NCBI GenBank assembly: GCA_965645245.1
Contig: OZ287069.1
Span: forward strand, 2,914,001-2,978,000
Direction of reading: 5' to 3'
Source: Massalongia carnosa
Taxonomy: Eukaryota
DNA: 64,000 bases
Shown here one piece after another: positions 26,284 to 39,623 of this stretch. Within the stretch, counting starts at the first letter, position 1. Every line of letters begins with the position of its first letter. The notes under the pieces were generated by a model. The model was given only the letters and a program-made list of their open reading frames with translations, ran no database searches and was not told the DNA's origin. The translations under genes were made by a program, and so were the position numbers.

Positions 26284-27530
26284 CTACTCCCACTTGCCCT
26301 CCACCCTCTGCCCTACCTCCTTTCCTTCTATATCTCCCCAAACCATCTCGTCTCTCACCCAAACGCAAACAACCGCAGCCCCCAACGGCCCCACGAATCC
26401 CACCACCCCCACCACTCCCAACCCGACCAGAAACGCACCCTTCCACCCCCATTCCACCCTGTTCAACACTATTCTGAACAAAAACAACGCCCACAGCACC
26501 ACGGCCGCGGAGCCGATTATCTCGTCGTATTGGATCATGATCAGCGCCCCAGCTCCGATGGAAGGGACCTTGTGCGAGGCCGAAATCGCAGCAGGCCAGA
26601 ACACAGACGAGGGGCTAAAGACGTGCGTGAACTCGGGGGCGAAGATGCGTGGGAGAAAGGTGGAGGTAAGGAGGAGCGTGATGGTTGCAAGATGCGTTGT
26701 TGCCGCGGGTATGAGAAGGAACATGTAAACGAAGCGTAAGGCGAGGAAGGGTTTTTGCTGCGGTGCGCTTAGAAGGCGCGGTTTTCAGGAAGAATCGGCT
26801 TATGAGCTTGGGAAGGAGTTGCTGGAGAAGGCAGATCCAGAAGGGGGGAAGTTGCCAGACCGTCAAGAAGGATTGTTTGCGGTCAAAGGAGAGGAGTGAA
26901 GGGGCGGGAAGCATGATGGTAAGGGAAGGGAGGATATAGCCGAGGGTGAGGGAAGCGGGGATGCTGAGGAGGTGAGGGAGGTCGATGGCGTGGTGGGCGA
27001 GATTGGTGGAGAGGATAGAAGGGGAGGTGGAGAGATGGGTGAGGAGGTAAAGCGGCATGATGACGTTGAATGCGAGGTTTTGCATCAGCATACCCCAGAT
27101 TACAAGGCTGTGCTTTTCAGTTGCCGAATCATGCATCGTGTTGGTACCGATTCAAGGAGAAGAAACCTTACAGCGTAACGACTCGTCCGCGATTCCCAGC
27201 CCCTAACGCTTCCTCCATTAGCAGACCCCATCCAGCAGCGATTTGGCCTGCGAAATGAAAGCACAGTAGGGAGGCATTCGGCTAAGAGCCGTCCACCAGC
27301 TCCCAGAAAAACAGGCCGAGCACAGTGAGTTGCTAGACTAGGGGCCCTAGTCCAGTGTAAGAGGTCTTGAGGGGCGCATTGGTACCTGGGAGAAAACGGG
27401 GACTGATGTCGTGGACGTGGATCATGTGCTTCTGGGTGTTTTTATGGGAGGTGAGATACCAGGTGGTGTAGAAGCCGGCTAGGGAGAAGGAGAGGAGGCA
27501 GAGCTTGAGAGTGACTGATAGGAAAGACAT
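26284..27530 (-). pseudogene. Multi-pass membrane protein of the CtvD/AurD (AtmA/PaxA)-like secondary-metabolite family, disrupted
   Basis: YTGLGPLV*QLTVLGLFFWELVDGS*PNASLLCFHFAGQ, WGMLMQN, QYDEIIGS and GPLGAAVVCVWVRDE. Two in-frame TAGs near 27285-27335 and a frameshift near 26730. Confidence 0.65.
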
Positions 27531-27935
27531 GATGAAAGTACGGTGAAACGAAACAGAAAATAGACGGTAGCAAGAGATATGGTGAACTTGATATGGACGA
27601 TGAGGCTGGTTAAACAGAAGAGTCGATGACTCTTGGGAAAGGCTTTATTAAATAAATCGCGATCTGAATATCGTACCCTTAGAGCTCGCACCTTTCCGTC
27701 AAGTTGCAGCTTGCTGTTCATATAAGTATTAATCTCCTTTGTAGTTGATTTGCCTGAAGTTGGTGCGTTAGCACGGAATATTTACCTGCCTATTTGATAT
27801 TCAAGGAATTCCATCAATCAAATCGCTTCCTTTCGACAAGTCGCCACATCGAGCACTCTTGAAAGTCTATCAAATATACTACTCAAATTCTGACCTGTAA
27901 CGTCTACCGAATAAAAAAACCAATAGCAACTGACC

Positions 27936-29420
27936 ATGCCCAAACGAAAACTTAAGGAGTTCCGCAGCGACGAGGTCAATGATTCTAGCCTTTCAGATCG
28001 GGGTGTGCGCGCTCAACGGGAAAGACTAGAGAACCTATTGGAACACGGCAAAAAAACATTATTTCGCGCATTGAAAATAGCAAGAGGTATTGAGCGCCAG
28101 AAGCTGGGCAGACGGCAGAAAACTGCAAAAGAAAGCGATGCACCGCCATCCGAGGCCATGCGATTGAACGTTGAAATAGGTGCGCTGAAAGTTCGTGATC
28201 CGTCGAAGTGAGAGCTATGAGGAAGAACTACCTTATTAACGTTTTGGAGTTTATAGGGGCTTGACCTGTCTGTGATCGCGGAGTTACGTCTTTACAAGTC
28301 GTTGTCAAAATCGAAGCTGATCGTTTCTGCGCCGGCGTTTCCTTCGTATATTCAAGTGAAAGCTGATGTGGCTGCGCAGTCGCAAGATGTGGCGAAAGCT
28401 AACGTTCAGGCTCGACTTTTCAACTCCACGGTTGTGAAATCGGCTTTGACGGATGCAATGGATGGCATCACTACTGTGTTGGGGATTGAAAGCGAAGAGC
28501 CGGTCAAGAAAAAGAAACGGCTGAGGGCAGCGGACTATATAGTTGAAAAAAATACAAATGAAACGCCTTATATAGAACCACGAGAGCGCCCTCAACAATA
28601 TACCGAATCCAAACCGGAAGGTCTACAACACGAAGACATGGCCAGCAACGATGACGACAGCATCGAATACAGCATATATCACTCGCGGCTAGCCGCATCC
28701 TCCGACAATGGGTCTAGCCAAGATGAACAGTCACAAAATTCCTCTCCCTTCCTCCAAACCCCCAAACAGACTCTCTCCAGACAACGATCACCCTCCCGCT
28801 CACCCTTTCCTTCCCTCTCCCGCTCCTCCTTTCCCCACCCCCCCAAAACCACCACCTTCCTCCCTTCCCTAACCCTAGGCGGCTACATCTCCGACTCCGC
28901 CTCCTCCATCTCCGCCACCTCCCCACCTCCCAAAGACAGCAAGCCCCGCAAAAACCGCCGCGGCCAGCAAGAACGTCGGCAGATTTGGGAGAAGAAATTC
29001 GGCGCGAACGCCAACCACCTGAAAGCCCCGCCCGCGACAGACCGAGACCGAGACCGAGACCAAGGCTGGGATGGCCGAAAAGGCGCTAGCGAGGAGCGGA
29101 GCACCCAAAGGAGAGGCAGAGGCAGAGGCAGAGACATGGGCAAAGGCCGTGGCCGTGGCCGAGGCGGCGAGCATTCCCTTATTCGCGGTGGACGAGGAGG
29201 GTCAAGAGGAGGTTTGTCGCACAATCAGACACAGGCTAAAAAGCGGGGTCTCGGACCGCACAGCAGCGGCGCGAACAGTGATCCCGTCCTCCCCTCCCGC
29301 CGCCCGGATCCGGACCCTGCAACCGGGGCGCCGCCCCTGCACCCGTCCTGGGAGGCGGCACGGCGGGCCAAGGAGGGGCAGAAGAACGTGGCGTTCTGCG
29401 GGCGGAAGGTGGTGTTTTGA
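27936..29420 (+). CDS. BUD22: Bud22 (18S rRNA maturation / bud-site selection protein)
   Basis: ERQKLGRR, TFLPSLTLGGYISDS, KNRRGQQERRQIWEKKFG and LHPSWEAA...FCGRKVVF; intron ~28191-28256. Confidence 0.92.
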
Positions 29421-30791
29421 AAGAAATAGTTGGTTTGGTGGATTGAAATTAGGTACCGACTAACTACCCAAGCGACTAACCCAGGTAGCAAAGCACAGCA
29501 GAGCTAGTTACCTATCTTTTTGTTTCGTTCATTCCCGAGATAATCGGGAGAGATGTATAGAGGGAAATTGACTGGAGTTTTTTCTCACTCGTGCGGTCTT
29601 GGTTCCGGTGAACGGTAGTCCCATGATCACGGACGAGGTCAAGAAAGAAGGAAGGGTTCCATGTGTATAAGGGAGCTTCTATCTACTTGATGAACGAGCG
29701 AACATCCCGCCCCCAAAAGCTACGCGCAACAGCACCAGCTCGAAAAGGTCCCCCTTGATTCGTTCCGGATTGATTGAGTGGTTGGTTGGCGCTCAAATCG
29801 TTCAAGTTGCTCCGCTCTTCATTTCTCTTACTAGATCTCTACCTACCCGTACTCTCTCCCTTCATTTGTTTCTTGCCCGCCCCACCTGCGCCGTTCACAC
29901 CCCGCTCACACCTCATTCCAGTCCTCCCCCCCCCCAAAATAAAAAAGGCTCAGCACAAAGACCGGAGGATTAAAGCACAAATAAAATAAATAACAACTCC
30001 TCCAAAAACAAAAGAACCCTAGACCCCTGCTCCAATGAGTCATTCCCCACTCCCACGAAAACCAAAATACACCCCCTTCATACCACTCCTCCAAGCCAAA
30101 AGTTTGCTCCCACTTTACTTTGCCATCTAAATCCCCATCTAATTCCCAATTTACCGGGATGGATATTTCTTAGTTGCGGTATGGAACTCATAGTAAGAAT
30201 TATGCCGGAGGGGAAAGGATTTGTAGATAGGGGTTGGGTGGGTGAGATTTGGGAAAGGTCCTGAGGGGGTGGGGCCCAGGGGTTGAGACGAAAGTCGAGT
30301 TGAGAGGGTGCCTTAGAAAGGGAAGAGGGCAATTTTAGGAGCGAGGTTTTGCGAGGGAAGAAATTTGTTTCAGGAAGGGAAGGGCGTATGTACACTCGTT
30401 TGGCGTTCCACAAACAGCAGAGAGAATGATTCATTAAGGAGAAGAAACTCAAAATCGGCTAAGCTGACTTTAAAAGAACTAGAGCAGTCCGTCGAAATGA
30501 AGTCCCTCGGTCTTGCTGCCACGCTTTCCAGGCTCTAGATTTCCCTACTGGCTAACTAACATGTTTGCTGCTGTTTCTGCTCGCTGAAACGGGGGTATTA
30601 AAGAGACGAAGGAAGAGTAAATTGAACGAAAAGAAAAAAGCGACAGTGCGTCAGCTGCTAATTCAAAAGCTTTGAGACAGTGACTTGGCAACAAAGACTC
30701 AAGCCAATCAAAATAAAATTGACACGCATACCAGCCATCCATTAGGCGACTTAATATCATCTGAGCTGAACACGCTCATCTGTGATTAAGT

Positions 30792-31571
30792 CTACAATAT
30801 CCTCCCCTCTACCTTGCTGACCTGCTCCTTGGCAGCCGCGCCCAAGTCCTCGCCTTGCTTTGTGACCGGAGCAGGCTGATCGTTGCCCAGGTCCGAGTAC
30901 TCATGCGCAATCTGGTCGTCCAAAGGCCCAGATGTCGCGCTCATACCTGGCTCTCCGGCCTTGGGGGCTGGAGGTGGCCCTGTATCGGGGGTTAGAGTTT
31001 GGGCAGCTGATGGCAGGTCCTCGGGTTTTTGGTGCACGTCGTGAACTCCCTTTGGGGCTGGAGTAGAAATCTGTTGTTCTGAGGGCTGAGGCGCTGCGGG
31101 GCCATGGTGTGAGGCAGAAGGATTGGTGTTGGGCGCCGACGTGGTGCTAGATGGTTGAGGGGCAGGGGGAAAGCCTGTTTCTAAGGGGAAGGAAGGATTA
31201 GCTGATTAGGAAGCCAGAGGTGAACAAGGGTGGATGAGGCGGAAGAATTTGTACCAGTTTTTGTAGGTTCAGGAACATTCGCTGCTGCTACCGGGGCGGC
31301 TGCGGTAGTTGAGTTTGTTGGAGCATCAGATGTGGGTTTGGGTTGGTCTAGATGCTTCTTTTTGCGGCCAAACAAGCCCCGAAGACCTCGCTTGACTTGG
31401 GCCAGCGCGTCTGGTGCTATGGATCGATGAAGAGGTTAGTAGGGGCTCGAGGAAGTAAGGGTTGAGGAGTAATATGCTTTAAACAAAAGAAGGCAAGGGG
31501 GTTGAAGGATGTTGGACACGGCCAAGAAAGATGGCATGAGCGCATAAGGGAAACTTACGGACTCCGGGCAT
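30792..31571 (-). CDS. Hypothetical Pro/Ala-rich protein (multi-exon)
   Basis: Canonical introns join MPGV|..DALAQVKRGLRGLFGRKKK..|..GEPGMSATSGPLDD in frame; 3' end uncertain. Confidence 0.6.
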
Positions 31572-32640
31572 AACTGATATAGGTAAGGTAGTGAGGACGA
31601 ACGTGAAAGTAGGTGAGCTAGAAGAGAAAATGCCGAGGATGTTTATGATGTTTGTTGAGGATATCCAAGCAATGGTTATGTAGAGATAGATCTAGGAGGC
31701 GTAGGGATCCAGCAAGCTGGGTAATGGGTGATCTTGTTTCAAATTCAAGGAAGACTCCCAAGTTAGTAGGAATCTGTACGAGCATGTACGAGGATGTTAT
31801 TTAGCTTCACCGATAACGATCGCGTCGACAGGGCGTTTTGATGCAAGTATCACGTAACTTACCTCTTTTTTCATCCACAACGTTTGTCATTCAGGCCATC
31901 TACATCTTCCAGTATATCACCCAGTCGAGGTTCATAATGATCGTCGTTGCTCTTTATATGTACCTATTAATGTCAATTTCTATATTTCTGTACATTTCTC
32001 CCTTTCAGATAGATCTTTGATACTATCTACTTTCGAAGCCCATCCACCCGCGGCGGGCATTGAGGGTACACCTTGCGCATTCTCAAAGAATGCCACTTCC
32101 CAAGTCTTTGAATCAGATACAACTACGCGCTGATCTAGAACATACTGCAGCCCTTGAGTTTTCGGTTTCCGTGAATGAGGCAGTGCAGGCTTTTGCTGCA
32201 ACCTTGGATATATGTGCAAAAGTTACATCTCACAAGTAGAGCGCAGCACAGCAGTGGTGTTTCGAAATCGGCTGCGCAATTGTACCGCCCGTACATAGGA
32301 AGAGAGTTTGTTCAAAACATGACAGAATCTGTATCGTGATGAGAGTTATATCGCGAATCGTTGTGTCGACGCTTTACCCCTATATATCCGTTTCATTCAC
32401 TATTCCCTCCCTTGAAAGGACAAAATAGCCCAGTCACACGTGGATAGTTTGTGCATCCAATCTTTGAGAGTCGTCAACGCCCCGAAAACCCATTCTGCCA
32501 TGGATGATGATAATCAATATATAAGTAAAAATATCTAGAAGCAGGCAAATAAAATAGGTGGTTCTCGAATTTTAGCCTCGAGACTTTATGTTTCCGAGGC
32601 GTAGACGAATAGGGGCATACTCGATAAGCCTAGTTATTCA

Positions 32641-33226
32641 TTATGAAACCTTTCTGCCCTTAGCCGGGCTTCCCCCTCCACTGGATCGTTGTCTATCACT
32701 CTTTGCTCCGGAGCTTGCGCTAGAGCTTTCTGCACCACCTTCGGTACCCCTACGTTGCTTGCTAACATCTGGGTTCGCTGGGCTGACCTCGAGAGGGTTG
32801 GCCGATTCCTAAAACCAGAGAACATATTTCAGCATGATTGAATTCGAATGATCATCCACCCAATATTCCTATGGGAAGCGCCGTTGGGTGCTAGTTTCTA
32901 ACTCCGATTTCTCGTTGAACGCTTACCCCACTCGCCTCGCCTGCTTTCTTCCGTTGAGTTTCCGGATCTGTGATATCAGGATTGAATGCTGTTTCATCTC
33001 GCCTCGCGGCCTCATCATCGGTGGCACTCTTGCTGTACTCCGTCGCCTCTGGGTTCATACTCTCCCGGTCCTGGGAATCTTTCCTCGGGTATCCCAACCA
33101 TTTAAATTGGGAGAATCGACGCTTCTCGCATTGGATCATTGATTGAGCTTGAGAGCGTGATTGCTGTCTGACGACCGAGATACGTGTATGCGGGGGGACG
33201 GTCTTACGAAGCTGAGTTCGCGCCAT
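32641..33226 (-). CDS. Conserved-looking fungal hypothetical protein
   Basis: Basic N-terminus, then QDRESMNPEATEYSKSATDD...AFNPDITDPE|..NPLEVSPANPDVS; one GT-AG intron. Confidence 0.75.
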
Positions 33227-33924
33227 CGTTGGTAAAAATAATGTGGATGTTGAGGTGAACATGATGAGGAGCACGAGGAAGAGCTTTTAGGTTAAATCTA
33301 TAAAGCTGGGTTAATTGATGAGAAAGATAAAGAGGTGGTGCACTCCTACATTGGGTGAATTGGCGTTCAGACTTGCAGAAGATAGATGAATATGCGGGGG
33401 GGGTTGCAGGAATGACGCTCTTGCTGCAATCTCAATTGGAGTTGTGGAGTTGAAAATCTATTGACGTCATCCTAAAGAAGAAAAAAACGCCTGTGAAACA
33501 CAATAAATACCTGTTTATGTGTTAAAGTCCAGAGAAGCTATGATGAAAAATTAAAGAGGTAGTACATACCGTATTATCTGGCAGATAAAACCCTCGGTCA
33601 TAAAACCCCGTTCTGATTAGTCAAATTCCACCGTTGGGTGGTTGGTCCATAAAACCCGGTCCTTTCCAGTTCTAAGAACAAGTACATGGATTTGTATATA
33701 ACTTTCACCCAAACTATGTATCTTTTCTTAAAGTCAATTTGATCCGAGAATCAATCCTCATCTGCATTCATTTCAGTCTCATCATAATCAAAAAGAACAT
33801 TCAGATTATTCATTTCATCTTTCAATTCTCTCTTCATTACGTACTCTATTTCGTCATAAACGTGAATTCAGAACGTTGATTTACATTTGATATGCAAATT
33901 CACGAAAATTATCGGGGAGGGCTC

Positions 33925-34064
33925 TTGCCTCAGTACTTCGTACCTCAGTGTGCGTGGCTCTATGAGCCGGCTAAGCCCCTCCGGGTTAGCCTACCACCCT
34001 ACTTTGCTGAGCCCCTTCGGGTTAGCGGCTGACTACGCATGCTACGGGCCGCACGTCTGAGCAA
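33925..34064. mobile_element. Solo terminal module (mini-element) of the AcademH-like element
   Basis: Close match to the reverse complement of the right TIR at 42248-42413. Ends TTGCCTCAG...CTGAGCAA; flanks GGGAGGGCTC / GAGAGGGCTC (8 bp identical, 9/10 overall). Confidence 0.8.
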
Positions 34065-34306
34065 GAGAGGGCTCTTGCTAGGGCTCCGATTTGAAAAGAA
34101 CACTGAAAGTTTGCCTAACCCGATCGGGCGAAACTTTCACTGTCATCTTCATGAGTGAAACTTTCATGGATTATTTACAGGGGGGGAGGGGGTGGGTAGG
34201 GAGGTGCGGAAAGGGGGAAAAGCGGGGAAAAGTCAGCAAATAGTAAACTTAAAAAGTACGTAATTTTGCCGGTCATCGTCATACAATTAATTGTATGTAT
34301 TTCTAC

Positions 34307-36306
34307 TTATTCAACCCATGATCTCGCTGAATCACCTCCTATTTCTTGACTGGCCGGACGTTTCGATGACGTCAAGGACTCCTGAATGACAATTTCATCC
34401 TGCAGCAATCTGTCTTCCATTTCACATAGATCGCTTTCGTCAATGTCGATGCCAGCAAATTGTAACTTCTTTTTGATATCCCCAGGTCGGTTGAGGGTAC
34501 GCTCATTCATGTAGATAAACATGAGTTTATCTACGCTTATCGAGCTCATGGAATTGCGCGTTTTATTCATGATCAGATTCATTACCGACCAGCTTCTTTC
34601 GGCCAATACCGAATTACCAGGAGGTTTCATCACCTTTCTGGCTAAGCTGCTAAGGGTTGATGCAAAATTTCTGCTGAATGTCCAAAACAGCTCCGGATCC
34701 ATTTGATACGTCCAGCATTCGGAGCTTGTATGAAAGCCATCTTCTTGATCGCGAAATGCGAGCCATTGCTTCATGGCAGTAGCTGCCTCTGCACTAGTCA
34801 GATGTTGATTGAAAAATCTATGCATTAGCGGAGCAAATGTCGGCTCCGTAGATACGCCAATCACCTTTATAGCATGATTCTGAGGAAGCAAAAGAGCTGC
34901 TACCACATGAAGCTCAGTAATCTGACTGAGATATCTGTCTTCCCAAATCACCTAAGCAATGTGATTCAAATCCGTCTCGTCGTCTTCATTGGCAGCCATT
35001 GAATATAGATGAGATCGAATCTTATTCCAGGTGTTGGCTATGGTATAAAGTTTATGCTCTTCGGCCTCGGACATGTATTGAAACTGATGTATGGGATCCA
35101 TCACTTTCTTGACAATGGTCAGCTTTTTCCAAAAAGAAAAGTCATTGACGAAGCTTCTCAAAGAATTCTTTCTTCCCTGATCAATGCCGGGATTCTTTTG
35201 TTGAAAATAATCCAATAAGGCCTGCTGATTCCTGAGGACTGAGTTTAATAAGCCTATCGTCGTTCCCCATCTGGTAAGAACGTTAAGAATCAATGAACGA
35301 CGTTGTTGATAGGCCTAGAAGTTTGAGCATCAGAAAGGTTGGTCATCAGAAAGTTTAATAATTCAAGAATTTGGCATACCTTCATTTGATAACCCCTTAA
35401 AATGGACATTTCCTTATTCGACCCCCGAAAGCTGGTTACTATCAATTGTGCCTTTTCTATAACCTCCGAAAAGAATGGAAATTTCAGTATGTCTCCCATC
35501 AGCAATTGCAGACCATGACTGTCGCAGGGAACGAAAAACACGTGTTTCATGTCTGGAAATTTTGCTATCTCCGTCCACATAGCCTTCATGGTTGCACACG
35601 TATCAGTGGCAATGCAATTGATTCTCCAAAGCTGATCGTTGGTTGCTTCCCTACAACCTTTTATCACCCATTGAGCTTGAACGACAGCACTCATCTTCTC
35701 GGCAACACCAGCATCAGCTTTCAATTGAAATCCTCCTCCATTGGAGGTGGCGGACGGGGGAACATGACAACAGAGATTTATAACACGTTCTTTTCGAATG
35801 TTGGCTGTCTCGTCAGTGAAGAAGTTCAGGTAATTAGAAGCATTCAATTCCTTGATAACTTTCGATTTAACGATGCCATAGATTTCGTCCAACAGCTTGC
35901 CAGCAATAAGGCCAGAATGAGGAGGTTTATAGCCCGGATTAAGTGCCTGATGATGAGCAATAACGTACGGATTTTCGAAGTGGTTAAATGGCAGATTTGT
36001 CATATAGACAGACATCGCAGCTGCTCGATGTGCTGATGCAATTTGGGCTTGATTAAGGGGACGAATCAACGTAGTGATGGGCAGTTGAATAGAGGCATTA
36101 CTGAGAATACCCTTCTGTTTTCTAGCTTTCTCTTTTTGATAGGCATCACATTGATTTAGATGCTGTTGTCCCCTAGCAGCATTTCTGGTTGATTGATGAC
36201 CGCAATGAATGCATTGATGTTGAGGATTTTTTAAGCCCTCAGTAATGATATCCTTGAAATTCTCATCTACCAGGTGATTTTTCTGACGTCCACCTCGTTG
36301 AGACAT
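34307..36306 (-). pseudogene. hAT transposase with one premature stop
   Basis: BED-like finger CIHC...HLNQC, FFTDET, IATDTCATM, PCDSHGLQL, TRWGT and dimerisation motif NSVLAERSWSVMNLIMNKTRNSM. Intron 35315-35379; in-frame TAG at 34952-34954. Confidence 0.88.
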
Positions 36307-36885
36307 AATAGATGATAATAGAAAGATTCCTGATTATAAGTGCAATTACCTAGTAAATCGAGGTACTCCGATATTCTACTAATTGTTTGCCTCAGTACCT
36401 CAGACGTGCGTGGCTCAATGAGCCGGCTAAGCCCCTCCGGGTTAGCCTATTTTCGCTAAGCCCCTTCGGGTTAGCGTCGCTGCTGACTAACATCAGTGCG
36501 ATAGCACGTCTGAGCGCAAAACTCAAAATTACGGCCAGATCCGCGTAATAAAAATTTTAGCAGTGCAACCATTCCTTTTATGGATTTAATACAATGATTA
36601 GGGTCGTATTAGTTTACCAGAGACTGTATTTTATACCAAAAACGCACCTCTCAAGATGGATGACTCGATAATCATGTGTTATAACTACTGTCAGGCTAAG
36701 AAAAGCGATGTGAAAGTCGATTAAGTGATAAATTGTTCGCTTTCGCTCAATTTTGAGGTTGATGAACTGATTATTTTCATGTGGCGCGATTACATTGAGT
36801 TACAAAGATCATGATGATATGAATAACGACGGCCAATCAATGGTATTGTATGATTTATCTAGATTGAAGCTATCTGACGAAAGCC

Positions 36886-39564
36886 ATGGCTCTTGTCGGG
36901 GGCCCCTCCTCGCCACTTACCGACCTACGGACAAGTCCCTTGACTCCCGCCGGTGCGCTCAAGCGGCCCCACCCATCGCCGTCAGGCAGTAATGATAGCT
37001 CACCCTCTTCCTCCTCCCCTCCTGCCTTACCTGAAAAAAATGGAGGCGCGAAACGCCACCGCCGGCGCATATCAGATTACGACAAGCTGGTTGAGGTGCT
37101 TAAATTTCTGAGCTCTCTAAATTGGTCGGTAAAAGATTTTTTATCAACACTTTGTAAGAATCGAGCCCGTCATAGTATGCGAAAGGCGCAAGGCCAGCTC
37201 TTCGATTTTGTCTATGTTGATATTGTGCGGCAAGAAGACTTTTCAAGCCTCATTGGGCCTGGTAGAATATCCACTATCCTTCGCGAGAGAGGATGGGTTT
37301 GGGCCGCGGATGTGCTTCGTGAAGAAATCAAAGCTTTGGCAGATCACGCAGCCTTTGGCCCTTTCCAGCCGCCCTCTGCGACAGTCGAGTTTGGGACCTT
37401 GGAGGCTATTAAACTTGCTGCATCTGCCGCCAAGCAGTTGGCGCCACGATGGCTTGAGCTAATTGATAGTGTTTGTCGCGAGGCTCGCCCGCAGGAACCT
37501 CTCGATGTGACGTTGGATTCTCCCAGCGGCCGGCACACCGTTATATTGGCAATGCTTTGTCACAAATTGCGACCAAATAAGGCGACCAATATTCAGTCCG
37601 TCTTAGGCCTTTATATTTATCAAGGTGGGGCGAGGCGGCGAGTTCTAGATACACTCTGTCATTTTGACCTGACGATGTCATATACTACCCTGCAGCGGCG
37701 CATGTTGTCCTTGATTAAGGAGGCCGAACGAAAGGTTCAGATGCTAGGACAAGGCTCAAACATGATCTTGACATACGATAACTTTGACTTCGCAGAAGGT
37801 AAACGAGGAGAGCGCACGGGGGATAATAGAGACGTCAGATCAATCACTACCGCTCTAATTTTCCAGGGGCAAGGATTCGATGCCGGCGCTTTGAGGCAGG
37901 ATATGTGGCGCCCCGCCACGCATCTTTTATCAGCTGAAAGAATTGCGCGAAAGCTGGAGACTGGTGATCTCGAGATGCAGGTGAGTTCAATACAGGACGA
38001 GGTGTATATACCGCGCTCAATCGCTAATGCACCGCGTACCTAGATTCGTCTTCATCATCTAGAGTCAGCGATTCGAGCGCTTTATGGCCCAGAGATCGGC
38101 GACGTTCAACTTCCTTGGTCGACTGCAATGCCCGTGCTGAATAAGATGAAAAAATACAAGACCAATTACATTCCTATCAAACCAGTCATGAAGGATGAGA
38201 GCACAACATCTAATAATATTCAAATATTGGAGGATATATTTGTGCGACAGTTCAAGTTCAAGGAGGATGACTCGACGTTTGCGAGCGTCATTCGGCTTAT
38301 CTATGGTGACCTCAAGACATGGTCGAGAATGCAATCTGTCAAGGAATTACGTCGTGGGATATCGGAGCAATCTTTCGATCGGTTCGACTGGATTTTACCG
38401 GGATTAGGGTTATGGCATCTTCGCTTTAACATGCTGCAGCTTATTCATAAAATACATTGGGGAGAGGCCCAGCCGGTTGATCCTTCGACTCTTCAATATG
38501 CCGCCGATCGGTGGGGCCGCGCTCGTGTCGTGCAGCCGAACGATTTCCAGGCCTTAGAGGATCTGATCATTCAGAGCTATCAAGCTAGAATCGTTGGGAC
38601 GTGGATTAGGTTTTTACGAAAGGATGGATATGCTCCGCAGCGAATCGAAGCAACTATTTCGTGGCTCACAGCGCAGACTTGCGGGCAGGATGGCACCTGG
38701 ATGAATATGTTGGGCAGGATATCTCGCAAACTTCACGCGGAATTACCCTCAACGTCAATAGATATGCTTCCTCCAACGCTTGATCAACAATTTCAGAATC
38801 ATCAGAACTTCTGTGATCACGTTGAATCGTATCTAACACTTCGATACGCAATCAAATATGCGGATATTGGACTACTTCGTCACGCATTGCGCCACGCAAC
38901 GGTGATCTTTCAGGCAAGCGTAGCTGGCACCCCGAAATATGCGCAAGCTCTTCTATACACCCTTCATGCGATTGATTCTTCCGCAGCGACCATAAGGCTA
39001 CAGGAAAGTATTTTAATGAATAGTCTTGTCAATTTACGCGGTGACGAAGAGTCGAGTTTTGAGACTGATCGGCTTTTAGAGATACTAAACAATAACCTCA
39101 AGACGTTCCAGCACGAGCGATCTTATTTTTCAAAGTATAGTGACACCTTGCTCGAGAACTGGGCACTCAACGGTCCATATCTTATGAAGCTCAAAGAAAT
39201 CGTTGAGTTTTACTTTGGAAGAGTCAACTCTTCAAGGCATCCAGCAAAATCGGCCGCAGAGGATGTGTGGGGCATGGCTACGGCACTAGCGCATAAATCA
39301 CTCTGTAAAAGAAGCTATGATCGATTTTCAACTAATCCAACAGCTAATCTTTATGTTGAGGGATTGAAGAAACTTGGAGAAAATGTATTAAAATACAATC
39401 AGCAGTATCTTTCCGAAGAAATTTCAAAAGAAATTTCAACAGACGACCTTGAGGGTAAGTATGAAGCCGAGCCCGATTTTGTCAATGAAACAAAGCAGGT
39501 CCCCGACAGCCCTGTCATTTCAATGGCCCGTCTCGAGATATCCGGCGGTATGTTTTTTGATTAA
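36886..39564 (+). CDS. Academ/DUF6589-type transposase (~871 aa, 2 exons)
   Basis: Intron 37981-38043 (GTGAGT..GCTAAT..TAG) joins the two ORFs in frame. Candidate catalytic motifs YDNFDF, YGDLKT, PGLGLWHLRFN and FETDRLLEILNN; no internal stops. Confidence 0.8.
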
Positions 39565-39623
39565 ATCATCGATACCACGAGATAGCCTAGTCATGTAAAT
39601 CCGCGCCGCGCGGCTTTACAGAG

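Noticed and set aside
36410..36480. CRISPR array or tRNA/ncRNA
   Set aside because: Only 2-3 short palindromic units with very short spacers, lying within transposon TIRs; no cas genes or tRNA consensus.
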